A stretch of DNA of 20,000 nt from an uncultured virus (IMG/VR IMGVR_UViG_3300026382_000273) (taxonomy: Duplodnaviria; Heunggongvirae; Uroviricota; Caudoviricetes), in IMG/VR virus record IMGVR_UViG_3300026382_000273; one strand, written 5' to 3'. A model generated the notes under the pieces. It was given only the letters and a program-made list of their open reading frames with translations. It ran no database searches and had not been told where the DNA came from. A program made the position numbers and the translations under genes. Position 1 is the stretch's first letter, and each line of letters begins with the position of its first letter. This document shows, piece by piece, positions 10,211 through 18,723 of the stretch.

Positions 10211-11044
10211 ATGCAAATAAATCTAAATAAAAATATAACATTGTATAATGCAGATAATATTGAAATATTAAAATTTTTACCAGATGAAAGTATAGATATG
10301 ATATTAACAAGTCCTCCTTATGATAATTTAAGAAAATATTCTTTAAAAAACAAAAAAGAAATCGAAAAATTATGGAATTTTGATAAATTTAAACTTATCG
10401 CAAAAGAATTAACAAGGATTTTAAAACAAGGAAGAGTTATTATCTGGATAGTTAATGATGCAACAATTAATTGTTCAGAAACAGGTACAAGTTTTAAACA
10501 AGCATTATATTTTATGGAATTGGGTTTAAAATTACATGATACTATGATTTTTAAAAAAGTAAATCCAATACCACAAATTTACAGAAAACGATATAATAAT
10601 GAATTTGAATATATGTTTGTGTTTAGTAAAGGTTGTGTAAAAATTCATAATCCTATTACAGTAAAGACAAAACATAATGGATTAAAATTAAAAAATTCAA
10701 CATATAAAAATTTTTCACCAGATAAACAAAAACGAAAAAAGAAAGCAAAGCCAGTTAAAGAGTATAAAATTAAAGGTAATATATGGGAATATGTTGTCGG
10801 AGTTAATAAAATAGATAAAGAAGCAAAAAGACACCCTGCACCTTTTCCTTATCAATTAGCTTATGATCACATCATATCATGGAGTAATAAAGGTGATATA
10901 ATACTTGATCCATTTATGGGTTCAGGAACAACAGGAATAGCCTGTATCGATACCGATAGAAAATTTATAGGTATTGAAATAAGCAAAGAATACTGCGAAA
11001 TTGCTAAAAATAGAATGTTAAAAAATATAAAAAATAAAAATTAA
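10211..11044 (+). CDS. Site-specific DNA methyltransferase, beta class (N4-C/N6-A family; SPPY favours m4C), apparently orphan
   Basis: Motif IV TSPPY near the N-terminus, HPAPFP, then motif I DPFMGSGTTG and FIGIEI near the C-terminus. Confidence 0.95.
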   Translation: MQINLNKNITLYNADNIEILKFLPDESIDMILTSPPYDNLRKYSLKNKKEIEKLWNFDKFKLIAKELTRILKQGRVIIWIVNDATINCSETGTSFKQALYFMELGLKLHDTMIFKKVNPIPQIYRKRYNNEFEYMFVFSKGCVKIHNPITVKTKHNGLKLKNSTYKNFSPDKQKRKKKAKPVKEYKIKGNIWEYVVGVNKIDKEAKRHPAPFPYQLAYDHIISWSNKGDIILDPFMGSGTTGIACIDTDRKFIGIEISKEYCEIAKNRMLKNIKNKN

Positions 11045-11045
11045 A

Positions 11046-11154
11046 TTAAAAAATATTTTGAAAAAATCATAAAAGATGTGTAATGATATGGCTGGTAAAT
11101 GATATTACTATCAATGGAAGTAAAACAAGAACAAATTTTAAACATAACCTGTAA
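11046..11154 (+). pseudogene. Fragment of a paralogous beta-class DNA methyltransferase
   Basis: 11074-11154 reads RCVMIWLVNDITINGSKTRTNFKHNL*, aligning with GRVIIWIVNDATINCSETGTSFKQAL of the upstream MTase. LKNILKK (vs LTRILKQ) lies just upstream in another frame. Confidence 0.7.
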
Positions 11155-11314
11155 AATAAACGACAGAAGAATAGACAAAAATTACAGTGCATAAGCAATA
11201 CCTGGTGAAAAATATGTAAGAAAATAAAATAAATGAATAAAAAGAGAAATTAAATCAAAAAAATTTTTATTTTATATATATTTAATATAATATTTTGAAA
11301 ATAAAAGGATAAAA

Positions 11315-11629
11315 ATGCAAGTTAATATAACAAAAGAAAATTTAAAAGAAATTGTTAATAAAAATAAAATAGTTTTAATTGATTTTTGGGCGCCTTGGTG
11401 TGGTCCATGTAAATTAATGAATCCAATTGTTGAAGAATTAGCCGAAGAGCTTGAAGGTAAAGCAATAATTGGTAAAGTTAATGTTGATGAAGAAAAAGAA
11501 TTAGCATTAAATTTTCAGATTAGAAGTATTCCAACATTGCTTATTATTGTTAATAAAGAAATTAAAGAAGTAATAGTTGGTGCCGTTAATAAAGGTTTTG
11601 TTTATAATAAACTAAAAAATTATCTTTAA
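11315..11629 (+). CDS. trxA: Thioredoxin
   Basis: DFWAPWCGPC active site, KVNVDE, IRSIPTL; 104 aa; AAGGA RBS. Confidence 0.97.
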   Translation: MQVNITKENLKEIVNKNKIVLIDFWAPWCGPCKLMNPIVEELAEELEGKAIIGKVNVDEEKELALNFQIRSIPTLLIIVNKEIKEVIVGAVNKGFVYNKLKNYL

Positions 11630-11635
11630 TATAAA

Positions 11636-12820
11636 TTACAAAATATATTCTATTGTTTCCAATTTTCTATCAACCGTATTAGTAACTTCTAATCCTTCTT
11701 TTTTACCATTTTCTAATTCATATATATAACGATTGTTATTATATCCTGTTTGCTGTAAATTTTTAATTTTTTTAACCTCACCATGTTTATCAATTAAGAA
11801 TTTTTTATTTTTATCAGATATAATAATATATTTTCTATTTGATAATTCATGATATTCTTTAATTTTTTCTTTTTGTTTATTTAATTCTTTCATTAAATTT
11901 TGTATAGCTTTAATTTGATTTCCAAAATTTTCTAATGTTTTTATCAAAAAGTCTATTTTTGTTTTAATTGTTCTTAGATTATCAATAATATTCATTGTTT
12001 TATTATTTATTTTTAATTCTTCTATTATTTTATTATATTTTTTATCTTCTTTATCTAATTCAATAAGTTTTCTAATTTCATTTGGTTTTATAGGATTAAT
12101 TAATTTTAAGGGTATTTCAACAAAATATTTTTCTATTGTTTTGTAAATATCAATTATTTCTTCCAATGTATAAGGATTATGTGCCCAACCTTTGCCATAA
12201 ATATATTCTTGATCAGTAAGCATTCCTTCTTTTTCTAAAATTTTTATTTTTTCATTATAATCTGCATTTTGCATATTATATTTTTTTAGTATATTTTCTT
12301 GTTTTTCAGTTCCTGAAAATAATGTTTGTTTGAATTTTGGAGTAATTTTTTTAAAACCTTCAATATAACTTTTTAATCTTAAATATTTTTGTATTTTTTG
12401 ATTTTTTAACTTATTTAATAATGTATGATCATTGTTTTTTAATTTTTCTGTAAATTCATTTGATAATGTTTCAATATTTTTATTTAAATAATTTAAAAAT
12501 TTATTAACTGTTAGTTCTTTTTCTAAATAGTTTAATTCTTTTTGTAAATATTTAGATGCTTCTTCTACTTCACCACAATAATATAGTGGAAATAAAATAT
12601 TAATATTTAAATCAAAACCGTTAATTTTTTCTTTTGGATTTCTAAATGCGATTAAACCAGTTAAATATCTAACATTTGTTGATATTTTAACAGGAGTTGC
12701 AGCTTTTCTTTTTTTGGAAATTCCTACCATATAAGAATATGAAATTTTATCAGAAAGTTCAAATTCTGTTCTAAAATTTTCTATCTGTGTTTGTTCAAAT
12801 AATCCTAATTTATTTTTCAT
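11636..12820 (-). CDS. Hypothetical protein
   Basis: 394-aa ORF; TGATATAAT at 12847-12855 (-). Internal segment SGTEKQE...DY...EYIYGKGW and a C-terminal coiled coil. Confidence 0.75.
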   Translation of the reverse strand: MKNKLGLFEQTQIENFRTEFELSDKISYSYMVGISKKRKAATPVKISTNVRYLTGLIAFRNPKEKINGFDLNINILFPLYYCGEVEEASKYLQKELNYLEKELTVNKFLNYLNKNIETLSNEFTEKLKNNDHTLLNKLKNQKIQKYLRLKSYIEGFKKITPKFKQTLFSGTEKQENILKKYNMQNADYNEKIKILEKEGMLTDQEYIYGKGWAHNPYTLEEIIDIYKTIEKYFVEIPLKLINPIKPNEIRKLIELDKEDKKYNKIIEELKINNKTMNIIDNLRTIKTKIDFLIKTLENFGNQIKAIQNLMKELNKQKEKIKEYHELSNRKYIIISDKNKKFLIDKHGEVKKIKNLQQTGYNNNRYIYELENGKKEGLEVTNTVDRKLETIEYIL

Positions 12821-12933
12821 TATTTTAACTTTTGTTATTTTTAATTATTATATCAAAAATTTTTAATTTTATATATATTATGGTATTTTTTATATCAATA
12901 TTAACAATTTTATAAGTTTCAAATTTTCTTGTT

Positions 12934-13413
12934 TTAATAATTATTTATTTTTTTAATTTTATCTAAATAATTATTTGAAAGTCCATACTTATCTTTCAAA
13001 TATTCTTTACAAATATAACCAGTATTATAGATTTTTTGTAGAGCTTCTTTTTCAAAAACAGTTCCTATTTTTCTTAATTTGTTTTTTTTAATGTATTCAT
13101 TATTTATCATATCTCCGTCTAACCATACGCCAGATAAATTATCTTCAATAGAAATTAAACTAATGTTTTCGTCTTTTGTAATTATGATATCTCCATCATA
13201 AAGTTCTTCGTTTGTAATATCATTAAAAGTAGTATATTGAAGTAAAACAACATCATCAAAACTATCTGAATTTAAACCACCTCTTGTAGTTTCTTCATAT
13301 GTAATATTTTTATTTTTTATATCAATATTAACAACTTTATGGGTTTCAAAAATTCCTAATTCTCTTGCAAGTCTTTTTGAAAATACCTTAAATTTAAGAT
13401 TTTCAATTTTCAT
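12934..13413 (-). CDS. YopX-family phage protein
   Basis: N-terminal LKFKVF, LLQYTTFNDITNEELYDGDII (cf. LMQYTGLKD..G.EIYEGDIV) and IGTVFE (cf. IGNIYE). Confidence 0.8.
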   Translation of the reverse strand: MKIENLKFKVFSKRLARELGIFETHKVVNIDIKNKNITYEETTRGGLNSDSFDDVVLLQYTTFNDITNEELYDGDIIITKDENISLISIEDNLSGVWLDGDMINNEYIKKNKLRKIGTVFEKEALQKIYNTGYICKEYLKDKYGLSNNYLDKIKKINNY

Positions 13414-13425
13414 ATTTATTCCTTT

Positions 13426-13809
13426 TTATTCAATATATCCGCAATTCCAAGTTTTTCCATCTATTACTGTATTAATCAAATTATCTAAAAATTCTTTAAA
13501 ATTTCCTGTTTTTTCATAACAACCCATAGGTTTTTCAGTGTCTATAACAATTTCATATCCATAATCTCCTGTATATTCATACACGCCAACGTTTTTCATA
13601 TATTCATTAAATATAATATTTTTATTTATTTCATATTTCCTAATTTTTTCGTCATTTCCATCATTAATGAATTCTCTTGTTTTAACAATTATTTTTCCAT
13701 CAATTTCTTTTGTTTCAATAATATATTCATTTGTATTAAGTTTAAAAATATTTTCTAAAATGTGATTTATATCAAAATCATTTATTTCAAATTCAATATT
13801 AAATTTCAT
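13426..13809 (-). CDS. Hypothetical protein, probably co-transcribed with the YopX gene
   Basis: 127 aa, AAGGAG RBS, 12-nt gap to the YopX gene. Confidence 0.75.
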   Translation of the reverse strand: MKFNIEFEINDFDINHILENIFKLNTNEYIIETKEIDGKIIVKTREFINDGNDEKIRKYEINKNIIFNEYMKNVGVYEYTGDYGYEIVIDTEKPMGCYEKTGNFKEFLDNLINTVIDGKTWNCGYIE

Positions 13810-13835
13810 ATTTACTCCTTGTTTTTATTTAAAAT

Positions 13836-13864
13836 ATTATAACATTTTTTAACACGAAAATCAA
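13836..13864 (-). promoter_or_regulatory. Canonical sigma70 promoter
   Basis: Minus strand TTGATT-N17-TATAAT with TG extension (TGTTATAAT, 13836-13844). Confidence 0.7.
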
Positions 13865-13921
13865 GTATTTTAACAAATTATTTTTCAAAATTTGTTAGCA
13901 TCCAGTAGTTATTTTTTTATC

Positions 13922-14031
13922 AATTCCTTGCGAAAAATACTTCGACTAAATGCGAAATATTAGCAAAAAATAAAACTTCGTAAAAAAAAACATCCGTTAT
14001 AACGATAAAATATTTAACAGATGAGATTCAC
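13922..14031 (+). mobile_element. Structured non-coding element, copy 1; IS200/IS605-like right end / omega-RNA-like remnant
   Basis: Shares AATTCCTTGCnAAAAATAC, CGACTAA..ATTAGC, ATAACGnTAAAAnATTTA and TGAGATTCAC with 18724-18830. Subterminal stem CATCCGTTA/TAACAGATG pairs 8 of 9. Confidence 0.6.
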
Positions 14032-14149
14032 TACTATTTTTAAATAAAATAAAAATAAAGTTTTCTTAATAAAAAAAATAAAAAATTTTTAATAATTATA
14101 AAAAAAATATTTTATAATTTTTAATTTAAACAAAATGTAATATTTTATA

Positions 14150-14383
14150 TTAAAATTGAAAATTTTTTTTATAAAGAATATTATAAATATTATTTAATTT
14201 AATAAGATAAGTTTCGAGTTCTTTTACTTCTTGATTTATAATTTTTAAATTAATAATATCTAAAATTTCTTCAAGTTTTCTTTTTTCTTCATTATAATTG
14301 ATTTTTTTTCTTTCTAATTTTTTCAGTAAATTTGAATAATTGCTATTAATATAATAATATCTTTTTACCAATTTATCGAACAT
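14150..14383 (-). CDS. Small hypothetical protein
   Basis: 77-aa ORF with AAAGG upstream; low complexity. Confidence 0.5.
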   Translation of the reverse strand: MFDKLVKRYYYINSNYSNLLKKLERKKINYNEEKRKLEEILDIINLKIINQEVKELETYLIKLNNIYNILYKKNFQF

Positions 14384-14463
14384 AAAAAAACCTTTTCCAT
14401 AAATTTTAGTTTTAATTTTATTTTAAAAAAAATATGATATAATTATATAAAAAAAGGATAAAA

Positions 14464-14838
14464 ATGCGAAAAATTCGTCAATTTGTTAAATCAATAAAAA
14501 TAAATAATAATTTTTATTTTATTTTAAAGGTATTAAAAGAAAAAATAAATTCATATACTATTTTGTTCAAAACTTATTTTATTTTTTATAAAATAATATT
14601 TGAATATACAATTCCTGCTATAAAAGGTATTTTTTATAGTATAATTTTTCCTATAATATTCTTATATTATACTATACCTGTATATGGAATGAATTTTTGT
14701 ATATTTAGTATTACAGGATATTATATTTCAATGTTTATATTATATAATACTTTATTTAATAATAAAAAAAGTGCAAATTATTTTTATATAGGAATATTAA
14801 TAGTTTCTTTAATACTTCTATTATTGGTTCCTTTTTAA
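14464..14838 (+). CDS. Hypothetical membrane protein
   Basis: AAGGA RBS, TGATATAAT at 14435-14443, about three hydrophobic segments. Confidence 0.65.
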   Translation: MRKIRQFVKSIKINNNFYFILKVLKEKINSYTILFKTYFIFYKIIFEYTIPAIKGIFYSIIFPIIFLYYTIPVYGMNFCIFSITGYYISMFILYNTLFNNKKSANYFYIGILIVSLILLLLVPF

Positions 14839-14858
14839 TTTAATTCAATGTTGATCTT

Positions 14859-15250
14859 TTAATTGATATTTTGTTTTTTAATACTGATATCGGTTATTTG
14901 ATTATCTATATCAAATAAAGTTTTTAAAGCGGAAGCATATTTTACAGTTTTTTCTTCTGTTAAATTAAAATTTTTATATACAAAAGCATATTCATATAAA
15001 TCAATAAATTCTATTTTTAATAATAAAGCAAAAAGTTGATTTAGATGGTTTTCTTTTGATAATTTTCCTGTAATTTTTTTCATTAAATTAGTACTTCTTT
15101 GTGGAATATTTCTATATGTAATTTTATATATTTCTTTACAAACTGTTTTGCAATATCAAGATAAATAGGAATACTGAAATTTGATATGTTAAACTTATTA
15201 ATTGTTGTATTGTTTTAAAAATTTTTAAGATAATTTAGAAAAAGTTCCAT
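14859..15250 (-). pseudogene. Degraded hypothetical gene (includes the 14859-15083 ORF)
   Basis: TGATATAAT (15286-15294), GGAGG RBS and ATG at 15250 lead to MELFLNYLKNF* (TAA 15215-15217). The frame then stays open and either ends at the TAATG overlap at 15083 or joins the 74-aa ORF by a 1-nt shift near 15148. Confidence 0.45.
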
Positions 15251-15309
15251 ATAATCCCTCCATAATTTAAATTAATATTAGTTATATTATATCATAAAAA
15301 ATTTGAAAT

Positions 15310-15552
15310 TTACTTAGAAGGTTTGTCAAAAATCGTATATAAAAAGAAAAATAAAGTTAAAAAAATAAAACTAATTATTATTTCAATAATAATTTCTGTA
15401 AAATAAATTAATCCTCCAAGAATAATATTATTTTCAATTCTACAAATATTAATATAAAAATAACTAAGTTTATTAAAGAATAAGTAATTAGTTAAATCCA
15501 TCGAACCGGCTATTATAAATATTATTATTAATATAAATCCTGCAGGATACAT
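15310..15552 (-). CDS. Small hypothetical membrane protein
   Basis: Two hydrophobic segments; ATG 1 nt after the stop of the upstream gene. Confidence 0.55.
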   Translation of the reverse strand: MYPAGFILIIIFIIAGSMDLTNYLFFNKLSYFYINICRIENNIILGGLIYFTEIIIEIIISFIFLTLFFFLYTIFDKPSK

Positions 15553-15553
15553 A

Positions 15554-16822
15554 TTAATTCATTTCCATTTCTTGTGTTTGCACATAACTTGTATTTTGTA
15601 ATATTTCAAGTTCTTGGTTTTCAAAAAGTTTTTGATAACTTTCATATAAAATACTAGTTTCATCTAACAATGCTTCTTCTAAATCATTTTTATTTTTTCT
15701 TTTTGTTAATTCCATTTTTATTTCTAATAATTTTGATAAAATATTTAATTTATAAAAAGAATTTAAATTTTTTGGTTTAAAATTTTTGCTTTTATTTAAT
15801 TCAATGAAAGAATTTATTGTCATATCTTTTTTTGAATTAGAAATTATTTCATTTTTAAATTGTTTTTCATCAAATAAAACATCAACATTTTTCCAATTTC
15901 TATATATATTTAAAAAATTATTAATATCTTTTTCTATTCTTTGATTAATTAATTTAATATTATTAATATTATATCCTTGTTCTTTATTTTTAGTAAAATA
16001 TTTAATATATTCTTCATTAATTATTTTAATATTATTTAATTCTTGTAAAATATTTAAGTCTTTAATTAAATTTTCTTTTGAATATTCTTCACCATAACTT
16101 CCTTTAAAAAATTGTGGATTTAATGGATAAGTTTTTTTATATGAAGTTTTTATTTTATTTATGATTGATATTCCACTGTTAATTGTTGCCAATCCTGAAA
16201 CAATAATTAAAACACCTGCACCATTTTTAAGAATTTTCCTTCTTTCCTTTTTTTCTTTTAATTCTTTTATTTCATTAGTTAAATTTTTTTCTATTAATGC
16301 TAAAATAGTCGTTTCATTTGTTTTGATACTTTTAAGCATTTTTTTATTATCTTTTATTTCCAATTCTGATATAAGCTTTTTTCTTTCCTTTGTTATTTTT
16401 TCAACAGTTTCTATTTTTAAATTTTCAACAGCTTGTTGATATTTTTTTTCGTTTATTTGTTTACTTTTTTTCAATTCAATTAAATCATCAAGATTTTTCT
16501 TATAATTAAAATGGATTTTATCAATAGCAAACATGTGCATTATTTGTTTATATTCAAAGTCTAATTCTGCTAATTGAACAGTATATACATTACCTTGAAT
16601 TTTACCTGCTTGAAATTTGTATAGAAATTCTTGTTTTATTTCTTTATATTTATTTTCTATTAATTTTTTAGCTCTTTCTAAATTATCTTGAATATGCATA
16701 TAATATTCAGTGAAATCAAATTTTCCTTCTTTAAACATAATTTCTTCGTTATCTTTATTATCTATATAATTTTGTAATATAAAACTAAATTCTTTAAATT
16801 TTAAATTTTTTAATTCAGACAT
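15554..16822 (-). CDS. Hypothetical protein with coiled-coil N-half and one central TM segment
   Basis: 422 aa, AAGGA RBS, basic stretch KERRK followed by GAGVLIIVSGLATINSGISII. Confidence 0.75.
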   Translation of the reverse strand: MSELKNLKFKEFSFILQNYIDNKDNEEIMFKEGKFDFTEYYMHIQDNLERAKKLIENKYKEIKQEFLYKFQAGKIQGNVYTVQLAELDFEYKQIMHMFAIDKIHFNYKKNLDDLIELKKSKQINEKKYQQAVENLKIETVEKITKERKKLISELEIKDNKKMLKSIKTNETTILALIEKNLTNEIKELKEKKERRKILKNGAGVLIIVSGLATINSGISIINKIKTSYKKTYPLNPQFFKGSYGEEYSKENLIKDLNILQELNNIKIINEEYIKYFTKNKEQGYNINNIKLINQRIEKDINNFLNIYRNWKNVDVLFDEKQFKNEIISNSKKDMTINSFIELNKSKNFKPKNLNSFYKLNILSKLLEIKMELTKRKNKNDLEEALLDETSILYESYQKLFENQELEILQNTSYVQTQEMEMN

Positions 16823-16898
16823 AATATTCCTTATATTTATATTCTTAAATATATTTTAAAAAAATTTTTAATATATTTATTTAAAAAAACTAAAACTA

Positions 16899-16927
16899 TT
16901 GAAAATAATATAGTTTTATGATATAAT
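16899..16927 (+). promoter_or_regulatory. sigma70 promoter overlapped by a 9-bp inverted repeat
   Basis: TTGAAA-N17-TATAAT with TG extension; TAAAACTAT (16891-16899) / ATAGTTTTA (16910-16918). Confidence 0.65.
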
Positions 16928-16957
16928 AATGTACAATTAATGTTTCAAAGGAATAAT

Positions 16958-18151
16958 ATGATATTAAAAGAAATTATTTTGAAAAATTATTTAATTGAAA
17001 AATATAAAAACAAAATTGAAGAAATGCTTTCAGAAACATCACTAGGAACAAATTCAACAGATGGTTTTGTTGTATTTGATAATTTTTTAAAACCAGAAAT
17101 TAATTTAGATAATTTAGAAAGTGATATAATAAGTTTAAGTGAAGAATTAAATGAATATTATAATACAAAAGAAGAATTTGAAGAAAAATATGATTGTTTT
17201 AATATAGAAAATGAAATGTATGATCTTGAAGAAATATCAGAAGAAGATAAAGAACAAATAGAAGAAACATTAATTAATTTATATACTATACTAGAAGTAT
17301 TTTATGAGCTGTTAGATGATGAACGAATAAACATTATAATTAGATGGAAAATTGCCAATTGGATAGAAAAATATGCAAATATTGATATGGAACATAGATA
17401 CACAAGCTATATAAACAATGAAGACAGTTTTTTTAAAAATTATGTAAAATATTTAAGAAAAAAATTTCCAGGAAGATTTTATAATCTTTTAATAGATTAT
17501 TTTTATTTAAGTAATAAAATAGAACTTAACCAATTAAAAGAATTTTTTGAATTTTCAGATAAAACAATAAACAATAAAGTTATACAACATTTCATTACAT
17601 TAATTAATGAAACAAAAAAATTTGAAAAATCTAACACTAAAAACATAACTTTGTTTTACAATTTAAATCAAGTACTTGAAGAAGAAAATTACGATATAAA
17701 AATAGAAAATTTAAAGGAAAAATTATTATTATCTAATATTTATGAGCATTTAAAAGAACAAATAAAAACTTTAATTCTTTTAATAAATTATTTTGAAAAT
17801 AATTCTTTATTTCGATTTTTTGCAAATCAAATTGAATATATTATAAAAAATTATAAAAATTTAAAACCTAAAAAAAGAAATATTGAAGATAATAAAAATT
17901 TAAAACCTAAAAAAAGAAATATTGAAGACAATGAAAATTTAAAACTTAAAAAAAGAAATATTGAAGACAATGAAAATTTAAAACCTAAAAAAAGAAATAT
18001 TGAAGACAATGAAAATTTTAAAATAACAAAAAAAATAATAAATTCAACTTTATTAGAAAATATTGAAGAAGAAAAGCAAAACAAAAATGCGACAAAGCCA
18101 GAACAGAAAATATTATTAAAATTAAAAAAGAAAAGAAAAATATTAAATTAA
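16958..18151 (+). CDS. Hypothetical protein with acidic N-terminus and basic tandem-repeat C-terminus (start revised to 16958)
   Basis: AAGGA RBS precedes the ATG at 16958, in frame with the 16940 ORF. Confidence 0.75.
   Translation: MILKEIILKNYLIEKYKNKIEEMLSETSLGTNSTDGFVVFDNFLKPEINLDNLESDIISLSEELNEYYNTKEEFEEKYDCFNIENEMYDLEEISEEDKEQIEETLINLYTILEVFYELLDDERINIIIRWKIANWIEKYANIDMEHRYTSYINNEDSFFKNYVKYLRKKFPGRFYNLLIDYFYLSNKIELNQLKEFFEFSDKTINNKVIQHFITLINETKKFEKSNTKNITLFYNLNQVLEEENYDIKIENLKEKLLLSNIYEHLKEQIKTLILLINYFENNSLFRFFANQIEYIIKNYKNLKPKKRNIEDNKNLKPKKRNIEDNENLKLKKRNIEDNENLKPKKRNIEDNENFKITKKIINSTLLENIEEEKQNKNATKPEQKILLKLKKKRKILN
17858..18013 (+). repeat. Coding tandem repeat, 4 x 39 bp (13 aa, NLKPKKRNIEDN[K/E])
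   Basis: Units start at 17858, 17897, 17936 and 17975 and are near-identical. Confidence 0.95.
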
Positions 18152-18446
18152 TATTTTAGTGGTGAATATATTAAAATTTCATGACTTTCTTTAATATTTG
18201 TTTTTTTACCTTTCGCCTTCCTATTTTTACCTATACGTTTTTCTCCTTGACCCATAGTATATTGCCATGAAGGAAAATATTGTTCAAAATCTTTATAATA
18301 TTCTTTAATAGTAGGGTAATCGTTATAACTTAATATGAAATTACCTTTATGTTTTTTTAATAAATTTCGTAATATTTTATATTTAAAAGTGTCGTGATTA
18401 ATAGGAAAATTTAGTATAGGAACAATTTTTTTTAAAACATTTTACT
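18148..18446 (-). pseudogene. 5'-truncated Dam/D12-class DNA adenine methyltransferase (C-terminal ~95 aa)
   Basis: Minus strand from 18420 reads PILNFPINHDTFKYKILRNLLKKHKGNFILSYNDYPTIKEYYKDFEQYFPSWQYTMGQGEKRIGKNR...ESHEILIYSPLKY*. L..HKG.FILSYND...I.E.Y and the terminal E.LI are typical of the D12 MTase C-terminus. In-frame stops lie upstream and no DPPY or FxG motif is present. Not in the ORF track. Confidence 0.8.
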
Positions 18447-18484
18447 AATAAATATAAGAAAAAGACTTTCGGAAGTTTATTAAT

Positions 18485-18513
18485 TTGTATTATATTAGAA
18501 ATTTTACTATAAT
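18485..18513 (+). promoter_or_regulatory. Putative sigma70 promoter pointing into the non-coding element region
   Basis: TTGTAT (18485-18490)-N17-TATAAT (18508-18513). Confidence 0.45.
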
Positions 18514-18723
18514 ACAAACATATAAAGTATATAAATACAAATCAAACAGAAATATTGTTTAAGAGCAATCAATAAAACAAGCCAAAAAAATATATTATTG
18601 AGATTCACAAAAGGGGTATAAATATAAAAAACTCGAATATTAAAAAGTTTCAAGCTTTAAAAAAGAATTAAAAAATGTAATTAATATTATACTTTTAAAA
18701 TAGATTATATTAAAGATTTTATT

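Noticed and set aside
229..11044. GIY-YIG nuclease plus MTase as a restriction-modification pair
   Set aside because: About 10 kb apart, and the nuclease is T5orf172-like, usually free-standing in mobile elements.
13922..14031. Repeated element as a tRNA or known riboswitch
   Set aside because: No cloverleaf or T-loop and no recognised aptamer consensus; copy 1 is not 5' of a same-strand gene.
6349..15217. Stop-codon reassignment suggested by two in-frame TAA codons
   Set aside because: Recognisable genes (thioredoxin, MTase, asparaginase) end in TAA at expected lengths, so TAA is a normal stop.
17858..18013. 39-bp repeats as a CRISPR array
   Set aside because: Head-to-tail with no spacers, in frame within a CDS, and no cas genes in the window.
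761..18084. ORF-track entries 761-1003(-), 5583-5783(-), 5759-5980(-), 6755-7078(-), 7340-7582(+), 9322-9837(+), 9889-10083(+), 16161-16439(+), 17851-18084(-)
   Set aside because: Antisense shadows of better-supported genes; F/L/S/I-rich composition is expected from the reverse of A-rich coding DNA, and none has an evident RBS.
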